The position numbers were made by a program, and so were the translations under genes. Under the pieces are notes generated by a model. It was not told where the DNA came from and made no database searches. It saw only the letters and a list, made by a program, of their open reading frames with translations. This document shows positions 51,838 to 59,827 of a DNA stretch of 64,000 bases, one piece after another. The DNA is from an uncultured Armatimonadetes bacterium (lineage in GTDB: Bacteria; Armatimonadota; Hebobacteria; Hebobacterales; Hebobacteraceae), in NCBI GenBank assembly GCA_963716175.1, contig OY970296.1, positions 3,712,001 to 3,776,000 of the forward strand. Reading direction: 5' to 3'. Numbering within the stretch: position 1 is the first letter of the stretch; each line of letters begins with the position of its first letter.

Positions 51838-53355
51838 ATGACGAGGAAAAGGGCAGCTAGGGAAGAGACGAGCGAGGACATGGTCAGTCTGGACGAGGCG
51901 GCCGGCGTGCTCGGGGTGAGCCGGTCCACTCTTCAGCGGATGCTGAAGCAGGGCAACGTCCGCGGCTTCAAGGTGGGCCGCCAGTGGCGGTTTCGGCGCG
52001 GCGACCTGGACAAGTTCAGCCGCATGACGCACCCGTCGGCGGCCGCGGTGAACGTGACTGAGCTTGACAGCGCGTTCGCCGACTTCCAGGCGCAGCTGAA
52101 AGGGCCGTCCGAGTTCAAGTTCGATCCCTCCATCCCCGGCTACCCCGCCGCCGAGGAGGAGCAGGCGATTGAGCGGGCGATCAAGGCCATCCTCTTCGCG
52201 GCTGTGGCGGCCGGCGCGACTGATGTCCACATCGACGCCGAGCGCCGCGAGACCGTGGTCCGCCATCGCATAGATGGCGTGCTGCACGAGTTGATGCACA
52301 TTCCGGCCGCGGTCCACAAAGCTCTGGTAGCTGGGATCAAGGTTCATGCAGGCATACCGGTGGGTCAGCCACAGACCAACCAGGACGGGCGCTTCCGAGT
52401 GCGCTGTGACGGCAAGGAGTTCGATCTCCGCACCGCCACCATGCCGGCCATATTCGGGGAGACTGTGGTGATGAGACTTCTCGATCAGAAGGCCTATGTC
52501 CCCACCCTTGACGACCCTCACCTCGGCATGGCGGCGCGGGACCTGGAGCGGTTCAAGCGCGCCCTCGTCGCCCCCATGGGCCTGATCATCGTCTCAGGTC
52601 CCAGCGGCTGTGGGAAGACCACTCTGCTCTATGCCGGTTTGCAGCAAGTGATCGGCCCGGAGAAGAAGACCATGACGGTTGAGGACCCAGTGGAGCTCTC
52701 TTTTCACTGGGCCACTCAGGCCGCGGTGAATGTGAAAGCCGGCTTCACCTATGAGCACGCGGTCAGGGCGCTGATGCGACATGATCCGGATGTGGTTATG
52801 ATAGGGGAGCTGCGCACTCTCCCCGTGGCCGAGATGGCCTGCCAGATCGCTCTCACCGGCCACTTGGTGATGAGCGTGCTACACGCCTCCACCGCGGCGG
52901 GAGCGATTCAGCGGCTCCTCGAAATGGGTGTCGAGCCGTTCATCCTGTCGGAGAGTCTGCTCTGCGTAGTGTCCATGCGCCTTGCGCGAAGGGTCTGCCC
53001 GGAGTGCGCCCAGCCTGATCAGCCACCGTTCCACCTGCTCTCCCCGTTAGCCGAGCGCGCCCGCGCCGGGGGATATGAGCTGCCGGAGGCCCCGGAGTTC
53101 CTGAAGGGAGCGGGCTGTGAGCACTGCCGCGGCGGTGGCTACCGCAACCGCATGGGGCTTTACGAAGTAATGGAACACAGCCCGGAGATTGATCGCCTGA
53201 TCGTCTCCCGCGCCCCGGCCGAGGCGATTCGCGACGCGGCCGTCAAGACTGGCATGACTACCCTCACTGCCGACGGCTTACGCAAGGCCGCCGAGGGGAT
53301 CACCACGGTGGCGGAAGTGGCGCGGCTGCTTCCCCCTGGCCAGCCCGAGGCTTGA
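51838..53355 (+). CDS. Excisionase-like HTH (HTH_17) fused to GspE/PilB-family secretion ATPase
   Basis: VSLDEAAGVLGVSRSTLQRMLKQGNVRGFKVGRQWRF; ATDVHI, QDGRF, Walker A GPSGCGKTT, Asp box TVEDPVE, Walker B VVMIGE, His box TGHLVMSVLH, CPEC/CEHC; GGAGG RBS. Confidence 0.9.
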   Translation: MTRKRAAREETSEDMVSLDEAAGVLGVSRSTLQRMLKQGNVRGFKVGRQWRFRRGDLDKFSRMTHPSAAAVNVTELDSAFADFQAQLKGPSEFKFDPSIPGYPAAEEEQAIERAIKAILFAAVAAGATDVHIDAERRETVVRHRIDGVLHELMHIPAAVHKALVAGIKVHAGIPVGQPQTNQDGRFRVRCDGKEFDLRTATMPAIFGETVVMRLLDQKAYVPTLDDPHLGMAARDLERFKRALVAPMGLIIVSGPSGCGKTTLLYAGLQQVIGPEKKTMTVEDPVELSFHWATQAAVNVKAGFTYEHAVRALMRHDPDVVMIGELRTLPVAEMACQIALTGHLVMSVLHASTAAGAIQRLLEMGVEPFILSESLLCVVSMRLARRVCPECAQPDQPPFHLLSPLAERARAGGYELPEAPEFLKGAGCEHCRGGGYRNRMGLYEVMEHSPEIDRLIVSRAPAEAIRDAAVKTGMTTLTADGLRKAAEGITTVAEVARLLPPGQPEA

Positions 53356-53380
53356 CAACGAAGGAGGGCTGTGATAGCGT
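53352..53380 (+). promoter_or_regulatory. Sigma70-type promoter for the ABC transporter leader
   Basis: TTGACA-17 bp-TAGCGT with extended -10 TG, overlapping upstream stop codon. Confidence 0.55.
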
Positions 53381-53409
53381 CAATCTGGCTGACTAGCGAC
53401 AGAACTATA

Positions 53410-53617
53410 GCAGCACTGCAGGGCTAACGCGACCTCAGCCCGTGACGCGCCTGCTTCCGGCCATTCGGCAGTCTGAATGGCGCGAAGCGGGCGCGTTTCC
53501 CTCTCGTGCTGCGGAGCCCACGAGCACTGCTGAATCATAGCGGTGCAAGAACTCGGAGGTCGGGGGCTTCGTCTAACCTTCCAGAGCCAGGGCAGGACCC
53601 GACACGCTCGTGGAGAG
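53410..53617 (+). ncRNA. Candidate structured cis-regulatory RNA (unrecognised family)
   Basis: Multiple nested helices with G-U pairs and alternative pairings over the RBS (see findings). Confidence 0.45.
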
Positions 53618-53625
53618 CGCAGGCA

Positions 53626-55863
53626 TTGACCGCATCACCGACACTACCACCATCAGTGCAGCGCTTGATCGGGGAGAAGTCCCCGGGCGCTGAGGCACAG
53701 GTGACCACGCGGAGCGACCTGGCGCCGGACGGCAAGTTCGGCGAGCAGTGGCTCGCGCTCGCCGGCGATCGCGTGCTGGTCTGCGCGCCCGATGGCGTGG
53801 AGGCGACGCTGCTGGTGGAGCTGCCGCTGGCCGACATCAGCGAGGTGGAGATCGAGAACCTGGTGGGCGGCGCGGTGCTGCGTGCGGTGCTCAAAGACCA
53901 CAAGGTGGACCTGATCGCCTTCACCAACGCGCAGGCGGACGAGTTCGGCCGGGTGCGGTCTCAGCTCGACGCCGCGGCCAAGGGTAAGCCGATCCCGCAG
54001 CCGGAGGTCAAGCCCAAACGCTGCCCGACCTGCGGGCTGGTGCTGGGTGAGGATACCCGGGTCTGCCCTCGCTGCTCGCGCAGAGGGGCGACGCTACGCA
54101 GACTGCTGGGGTATGCGAGACCCTATCGCGGGAGGTTGATCCTGACCGGAGGCTTGATGCTGGCCGGCGCCGCGTTCGGGCTGCTGCCGCCGTATCTTAC
54201 GAAGCTGCTTGTGGATAGAGTGCTGGCCCCCAAGTCGCCGGCGGACCAGTTGTTCGCACGCCAGCACGGCATCAGCCTCTTGGGATGGCTGGTGCTGGCC
54301 CTGGCGGCGAGCAGCATCCTCAGCACCGTTCTCCAGGTGTGGCGCAACCGGCTCACCGGGTGGCTGGGCGGCAGGGTCAGCTTCGACATTCGCGCCACCC
54401 TCTACGAGAAGCTGCAGTGGCTGTCCCTGCGCTATTACGACCGCCACTCCACGGGCGCGATCATCTCCCGACTGACCCAGGATTCGGGCGGAGTTCAGGA
54501 TCTGCTGGCCTTCGGCTTGCCTTTCCTGGTGACAAACCTGATCACGATCGTCGGGGTGTCCGCGGTGATTTTCGTGAAGAACTGGCAGCTGGCGGCGCTT
54601 GCCATCGTCCCCGCGCTTCTGGTCAGCATGGGCACGCGCCCGCTGTGGGAGAAGATGCGGAAGGCCTTCCATGCGTTCTGGTATCGTTGGGGCCGGTACC
54701 ACAGCCTGGTGAACGATGCGCTCAACCGGGTCAAGATCATCAAGGCCTTCTCCCAGCAGCCCATGGAGCTGCAGCGCTACAGCATCCGCAACGCCGATCT
54801 GATGGGCGCGTCGGTGTACGCAGAGCAGACCTGGGGCACCATCTTCCCGCTGCTCTGGCTGCTGATCGGCAGCGGCTCGCTGCTGGTGTGGTACTTCGGG
54901 GGCATCATGACCGTCCACGGCACGCTCACCCTGGGCGACCTGATGATGTTCCTGGGATACCTGGGGATGCTCTACGGCCCCCTGAACTTCCTGACGAACG
55001 TGGTGCAGTGGGTGTCGCGCGCGCTGACTGCCGCGGACCGCATCTTCGAGGTGCTGGACGCCGAGTTCGAGAGCGAGAAAACCAAGGGCGAAGTCGTGCC
55101 CGACCGCATCCACGGCGCGGTGGAGTTCCGCAACGTCGTCTTCGGGTATGAGAAGCATCAGCCGGTGATCAAGGACGTGTCGTTCAAGACGGAGCCAGGG
55201 CACATGCTGGGCCTGGTCGGCAAGAGCGGCGTTGGCAAGAGCACTGTCATCAACTTGCTCTGCCGGTTCTACGACGTAGACGAGGGTGAGATCCTGGTTG
55301 ACGGCATCAACTTGCGCGACCTCTCTCTATGGGCCTACCGGGGCCGGTTGGGCGCCGTGCTCCAGGAGCCGTTCCTCATCGCCGGCACCATCGCCGAGAA
55401 CATCGCTTACGGCAAGCCGGAGGCCAGCTTCGAGGAGATCATGGCCGCCGCCAAGCTGGCGAATGCGCACGATTTCATCGTCAACAAGCCGGATGGCTAT
55501 GACGAGCAGGTCGGCGAGCACGGCCACCGGCTCTCGGCGGGAGAGAAGCAGCGCGTGTGCATCGCTCGCGCCATGCTCCACGACCCCGCTATTCTGATTC
55601 TTGATGAGGCCACTGCGAACGTGGATCTGGAGACGGAGGAGCAGATCCAGCAGGCGATCGCCCGCCTGGTAGAGGGTCGCACCACCTTCGCCATAGCTCA
55701 CCGCCTGTCCACCCTGCGCAACGCCGACAAGCTGATGGTGATGGAGGAAGGGAAGGTGGTGGAGTTCGGCACCCACCAGGAACTGGAGGAAAAGAAGGGC
55801 GTGTACTACAATCTCCTCGACCTCCACCGCAAGACCTCCATGATGGAGGCCGTAGATGGATAG
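53626..55863 (+). CDS. ABC transporter ATP-binding/permease with N-terminal extension and CxxC-CxxC ribbon
   Basis: TTG start after GGAGAG; CPTC...CPRC; ABC membrane domain; GKSGVGKST, LSAGEKQR, ILDEAT, IAHRLST. Confidence 0.92.
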   Translation: MTASPTLPPSVQRLIGEKSPGAEAQVTTRSDLAPDGKFGEQWLALAGDRVLVCAPDGVEATLLVELPLADISEVEIENLVGGAVLRAVLKDHKVDLIAFTNAQADEFGRVRSQLDAAAKGKPIPQPEVKPKRCPTCGLVLGEDTRVCPRCSRRGATLRRLLGYARPYRGRLILTGGLMLAGAAFGLLPPYLTKLLVDRVLAPKSPADQLFARQHGISLLGWLVLALAASSILSTVLQVWRNRLTGWLGGRVSFDIRATLYEKLQWLSLRYYDRHSTGAIISRLTQDSGGVQDLLAFGLPFLVTNLITIVGVSAVIFVKNWQLAALAIVPALLVSMGTRPLWEKMRKAFHAFWYRWGRYHSLVNDALNRVKIIKAFSQQPMELQRYSIRNADLMGASVYAEQTWGTIFPLLWLLIGSGSLLVWYFGGIMTVHGTLTLGDLMMFLGYLGMLYGPLNFLTNVVQWVSRALTAADRIFEVLDAEFESEKTKGEVVPDRIHGAVEFRNVVFGYEKHQPVIKDVSFKTEPGHMLGLVGKSGVGKSTVINLLCRFYDVDEGEILVDGINLRDLSLWAYRGRLGAVLQEPFLIAGTIAENIAYGKPEASFEEIMAAAKLANAHDFIVNKPDGYDEQVGEHGHRLSAGEKQRVCIARAMLHDPAILILDEATANVDLETEEQIQQAIARLVEGRTTFAIAHRLSTLRNADKLMVMEEGKVVEFGTHQELEEKKGVYYNLLDLHRKTSMMEAVDG

Positions 55864-55865
55864 AA

Positions 55866-55904
55866 GCTGTTTCATAACCTTCCCAGGGGAGGTTATGAAA
55901 CAGC
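55866..55904. repeat. Perfect 15-bp inverted repeat hairpin
   Basis: GCTGTTTCATAACCT-9 bp-AGGTTATGAAACAGC. Confidence 0.9.
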
Positions 55905-55980
55905 ACTGCACAACGTCAGGCCGTGGCCGGCGCATTTCATGCGAGGGCGTGGTGCGGCCAGCCAGCAGGTAGGCTATGAA

Positions 55981-56514
55981 ATGGGCTCTAGCCAGCAATC
56001 GCCGCCAACCAAAGAGCCGTCCACGCTTCGCTACCTCGACCCGGAGCAGGTGAAGGTATTCCGGGGCGAGGAGGGCGGGCTCTACGCCACCATTGCGGAC
56101 GAGTTCACGGTGCTCTCGCCCCGCTTCGTCCGCGCCCGCCCCTTGAGCGATCCCGACCGCTATCTGTCCATCCGAGGGCAGGAGCCCGGGGGCAAGGAGT
56201 TCGGGCTGCTTCCCCAGTGGCACCGCCTGGATGGGGAATCGCGCCGGCTGGTGCAGGCCGAACTGGAAAGGCGCTACCTCCATCCCACGGTGGGCCGCAT
56301 CCTATCCCTGAAGGACTACGCCGGTCTCCAGCTCTGCCTGCTGGAGACCGACCGAGGGGTGCGGGAGGTCACCTTTCGCGATGCCCGGGACAACGTGGTG
56401 TACCTGGGGGCCTCGCGAGTGCTGATCACCGATGCTGAGGGCAACCGCTACGACATTCCCGACATCACCGCCCTGGACCGCAAGAGCCGGGCCCTGCTGG
56501 CGCTCATCCTCTAG
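55981..56514 (+). CDS. DUF1854 domain protein
   Basis: VRARPLSDPDRYLSI, ELERRYLHP, ETDRG, ITDAEGNRYDIPD..LDRKSR; usual partner of this ABC family. Confidence 0.85.
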   Translation: MGSSQQSPPTKEPSTLRYLDPEQVKVFRGEEGGLYATIADEFTVLSPRFVRARPLSDPDRYLSIRGQEPGGKEFGLLPQWHRLDGESRRLVQAELERRYLHPTVGRILSLKDYAGLQLCLLETDRGVREVTFRDARDNVVYLGASRVLITDAEGNRYDIPDITALDRKSRALLALIL

Positions 56515-57536
56515 CCTCGCGCCAGGGCCTGATACCCCTCCTGCGCCTGCAGCACCTCGATGAAGGCGAGCATGTTCTCCAGGGGCACGTCGCCCTCCAC
56601 ATCATGCGCCGGCGCGAAGACGTATCCGCCCTCCCGGCCCAGGTCCAGCAGGTGCGCGGTGGCGGCTCTCACCTCCGCGACTGACCCGTAGGGGAGCGTC
56701 CTCTGGGTGGAGAGTCCGCCGTGAAATGCCAGCCGGCCCCGATACTGCCTGATCAGAGCATCCACGTCCATCACTTCGGGCTGGAACGGGTTGAAGCAGT
56801 TCAGGCCGATGGCAACCAGGTCGTCGAACAGCTCGTCCACATCCCCGCAGGAGTGGATCATCACGCGCTTGCCGGCCTCGCGCACGACACCGTACATCCG
56901 CTTGAGCGCGGGATAGATGAAGTCCCGCCAGATCGGCGCTCCCATCTGGAGACCACGCTGCTGGCCCCAGTCGTCCCCGAAGTAGATGGCGTCAATGTCG
57001 TGATCGAGCGCCGCCCGGAGGTGGGCGATATTGTAGTCGGCGATGGCGTTCAGCAGCTCGTGCACGAAACCGGGGTGGTCGTGGAAATCCATCAGCAAGC
57101 TTTCCATCCCGCGCAGCGTCCAGGCGCGCTCGTAGAGCGAGAACCCGATCGAGAACACGCGGAAGCGATCGGGATAGCGCGCGATCGAGTCGGGGATGGG
57201 GTCGAAGATGCGAGGGTCCCGTGGGTCCGGGAACCGATAGCCCTTCAGGGTCGGCTCTGGCAGCACGCGCCCCCTGACATTGCCGATGTCCTTGTCTATG
57301 CTTCTGTCCCAGATCACCCCGAAGGCGTCCTGCACCAGGTCGTCACCCAGATCGGTGAAGAAGCCGATGGGATTGCCCAGCTCCACGAAGTGGTTCTGAA
57401 GCGCGGGCTCGAGGTCGGCCTGGCCGAAGTGCTGCTCCAGCTTCTCCCGCGCCTCCTTGGTGAACCCAAGCTGCCAGGGCACATAGAGCGGCCGCTGCCA
57501 GCCCAGGGCCAGCTTCACCACCTCCCGCTTGGTCAT
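56511..57536 (-). CDS. Uroporphyrinogen decarboxylase family (MtaA/CmuA-like) protein
   Basis: LYERAWTLRGME, FGDDWGQQ, HSCG, FHGGLSTQ, GGYVFAPAH, VPLEN. Confidence 0.85.
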   Translation of the reverse strand: MTKREVVKLALGWQRPLYVPWQLGFTKEAREKLEQHFGQADLEPALQNHFVELGNPIGFFTDLGDDLVQDAFGVIWDRSIDKDIGNVRGRVLPEPTLKGYRFPDPRDPRIFDPIPDSIARYPDRFRVFSIGFSLYERAWTLRGMESLLMDFHDHPGFVHELLNAIADYNIAHLRAALDHDIDAIYFGDDWGQQRGLQMGAPIWRDFIYPALKRMYGVVREAGKRVMIHSCGDVDELFDDLVAIGLNCFNPFQPEVMDVDALIRQYRGRLAFHGGLSTQRTLPYGSVAEVRAATAHLLDLGREGGYVFAPAHDVEGDVPLENMLAFIEVLQAQEGYQALARG

Positions 57537-57549
57537 GGTGCCGTCTCCC

Positions 57550-58437
57550 TCACAGCAGCGCGGTGCTGAAGTACCTCTCGGCCCGATCCGGCAGCACGGT
57601 GGCGATCCTGCCCTTCACCGTCCTCGCGAGCTGGCGCGCCGCCCACACATTCGCTCCCGACGACGTTCCCACCAGGAGCCCATGGTCCCTCCCCAGGTCC
57701 CTTGCGGTCTGGATCGCGTCCTCGTCCGAGACCTCAATCACCTCGTCCACCAGCGACACGTCGAGCACAGCCGGGATGAATCCGTCCCCGATCCCCTGGA
57801 TCCGGTGCAGCCCAGGCTCGTGCCCCAGCAGGGCGGACACTCCCTTGGGCTCCACCGCGACGATCCTGACACCGACCTTGTGCTCTCTCAGAAAGGTGCC
57901 TACCCCTTGCAAGGTTCCGCCGCTCCCCACGCCGGCCACGAAGGCGGCGATGTCCCCGGTCATCTGGCGCCACAGCTCCCGCGCGGTGTCTTCATAGTGC
58001 ACCCGCGGGTTGTCGGGATTCTCGAACTGCTGGGGCACGTACACTCGTGGGTCCGCGGCGGCCATCTCGCGGACTCGCTGCACCGCGCCCGCGATTCCCT
58101 CCTGATCGGGTGTCAGGACCAGCTCTGCGCCCAGCGCGCGGATGATCTTCTTGCGCTCCTCGCTCATTCCCTCCGGCATCACGATCCGCACCCGGTAGCC
58201 CTTGCTCCGACCCACCAACGCCACGCCAATGCCGGTGTTCCCGGAGGTGGGCTCCACGATGACCGAGTCCGCGCTCAGCTTGCCGTCCCGCTCCGCGCCC
58301 TCGATCATGGCCAGCGCCACCCGGTCTTTGATGCTGCCGCCGGGGTTCAGGAACTCGGCCTTGGCGTAGATGCTCTCGCCCTTCAGGCGGATCAGTGGGG
58401 TGTTGCCAATCAGGTCCAGCACGCTCTCGGTCAGCAT
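57550..58437 (-). CDS. cysK: Cysteine synthase A
   Basis: IGNTPL, KAEFLNPGGSIKDR, EPTSGNTG, GVGSGGT, IQGIG, PDRAERYFST. Confidence 0.95.
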   Translation of the reverse strand: MLTESVLDLIGNTPLIRLKGESIYAKAEFLNPGGSIKDRVALAMIEGAERDGKLSADSVIVEPTSGNTGIGVALVGRSKGYRVRIVMPEGMSEERKKIIRALGAELVLTPDQEGIAGAVQRVREMAAADPRVYVPQQFENPDNPRVHYEDTARELWRQMTGDIAAFVAGVGSGGTLQGVGTFLREHKVGVRIVAVEPKGVSALLGHEPGLHRIQGIGDGFIPAVLDVSLVDEVIEVSDEDAIQTARDLGRDHGLLVGTSSGANVWAARQLARTVKGRIATVLPDRAERYFSTALL

Positions 58438-58520
58438 CTTGTCTTCCCTCTCGCGGAATCACAGTGTAGATTCGCACCCGCGGCCCCCCAACTCCTTCTC
58501 CCCAGCGAGCCGGCCGCGGC

Positions 58521-58549
58521 TTGACAGGCCCCGGCCCATGTTCTACCCT
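58521..58549 (+). promoter_or_regulatory. Sigma70-type promoter for xylose-isomerase-like gene
   Basis: TTGACA-17 bp-TACCCT; AGGAG RBS downstream. Confidence 0.55.
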
Positions 58550-58577
58550 TCTCGCAACCTAACCAGGAGATAGTGAG

Positions 58578-59717
58578 ATGCCAAAGGCAAGATCCCTTCA
58601 CAGCGTCTGCCGCTGGACCTTCAACCCGGGGAAGGGCGGATTCGTGCCGGCGGATATGCGGCCCGCGTGGGCGGCGGGGAAGCTCGACACGGTCGGCGCG
58701 ATTCAGTTGGTGCGCAAGAGGATTGCCCCCCGACTTCCCGACGAGGTCGAGCTCGGCCTGGAGATGCACTACGACAGCGAGGTGGATGAGAAAACCGCCC
58801 CGGCCGTGGCCGACGCGCTGGTGGAGGCCAGGATCAGCCTGGCCCTCAGCACTCCCGGCGCGCACAGCCACTGGGCCTATGGCGGCATCGCCTCCCTGGA
58901 CCCGAAGGAGCGCAAGGCGGCCGAGGAGTTCGGCCAGCGCACTGTGGACCTGACCTATGGACCGCTGAAGAAGGCCTGGAGCAAGGATCCCGCGAAAGCG
59001 CCCACCCTGGTGCTGTGGAACGGCTCCTTCGGCTATGACGTGGCCACGGTTGGCATCAAGCAGATGTACCAGAACCTGAAAGAGAGCGTGGCCGGGCTCT
59101 GCCAGTACGAAGAGAAGAAGGGCGGCGGCCTCTACATCGCCTTCGAGCCCAAACCGAATGAGGGCCACCCCGCCATGCTCATCCCCACGGTCGCCAGCGC
59201 CTTGCTCTTCTGGCGCAGGCTGGAGGAGGAGTTCGGCGTCACGCGCAAGCGCAAGGGCGTGAACAAGGAGTTCGGCCACTCCGAGATGATCGGCCTGGAC
59301 CACATCTATGATACCGTGGAGGAGATAGACAGCGGCGAGGTGGTCCACATGCACCTGAACAGCCAGGGCTACAACGACGGCATCATCCTGGGCGGGCCCG
59401 GCAAGTTCGACATTGATCACGGTTGCCGGGTGAATGGCATGAACATCGCCATCGCCGGCCTGATCGGGGATTGCGGCTTTGCTCGCTGGAAGGGCCACGA
59501 CATGCAGGCCCGGCCCTATGACAATGAAGAGCAGGGCATTGATCGCGTGATCCGCAGCATCCTGAGCTGGGAGGCCTGCGCCCGCGCCGCCGAGCAGCTC
59601 GATACCAAGCAGCTCATGCAGCACTTGACGAACCGGGAGACAGCCAAGGCCGAGGACATGATGCGGGCGGCGCTGGTGTTCGCGGAGCAGGAATTCGACC
59701 GGATGTACAAGAGCTGA
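58578..59717 (+). CDS. Divergent xylose isomerase-like TIM-barrel protein
   Basis: WTF, EMHYD, VLWNG, FEPKPNEG, VNKEFGHSEM, HMHLNSQ, KFDID, HDMQ resemble xylose isomerase metal/substrate motifs. Confidence 0.75.
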   Translation: MPKARSLHSVCRWTFNPGKGGFVPADMRPAWAAGKLDTVGAIQLVRKRIAPRLPDEVELGLEMHYDSEVDEKTAPAVADALVEARISLALSTPGAHSHWAYGGIASLDPKERKAAEEFGQRTVDLTYGPLKKAWSKDPAKAPTLVLWNGSFGYDVATVGIKQMYQNLKESVAGLCQYEEKKGGGLYIAFEPKPNEGHPAMLIPTVASALLFWRRLEEEFGVTRKRKGVNKEFGHSEMIGLDHIYDTVEEIDSGEVVHMHLNSQGYNDGIILGGPGKFDIDHGCRVNGMNIAIAGLIGDCGFARWKGHDMQARPYDNEEQGIDRVIRSILSWEACARAAEQLDTKQLMQHLTNRETAKAEDMMRAALVFAEQEFDRMYKS

Positions 59718-59738
59718 TGTCAGGGGGAGGGGGAAGAA

Positions 59739-59770
59739 TCGAAGGGGGAGGGTCCTCCCTCCCCCTTCGA
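59739..59770. terminator. Strong hairpin between convergent xylose-isomerase-like gene and dinB
   Basis: TCGAAGGGGGAGGG-TCCT-CCCTCCCCCTTCGA (14-bp stem); no clear U-tract. Confidence 0.5.
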
Positions 59771-59827
59771 ATGCACTGAACGTCCGGCCACCCTCCGCCA
59801 GTAGGGCAGGTCCGCGACCTGCCCGCC

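Noticed and set aside
51838-52030. Excisionase of an integrative element
   Set aside because: HTH is fused in frame to the ATPase; no integrase or att sites nearby
53410-53617. Assignment of the ABC leader to the ydaO c-di-AMP riboswitch or 6S RNA
   Set aside because: Only short fragments (GCTGAATC, CTAACC) match and in the wrong arrangement; the fold is multibranched rather than a 6S rod; needs an Infernal search
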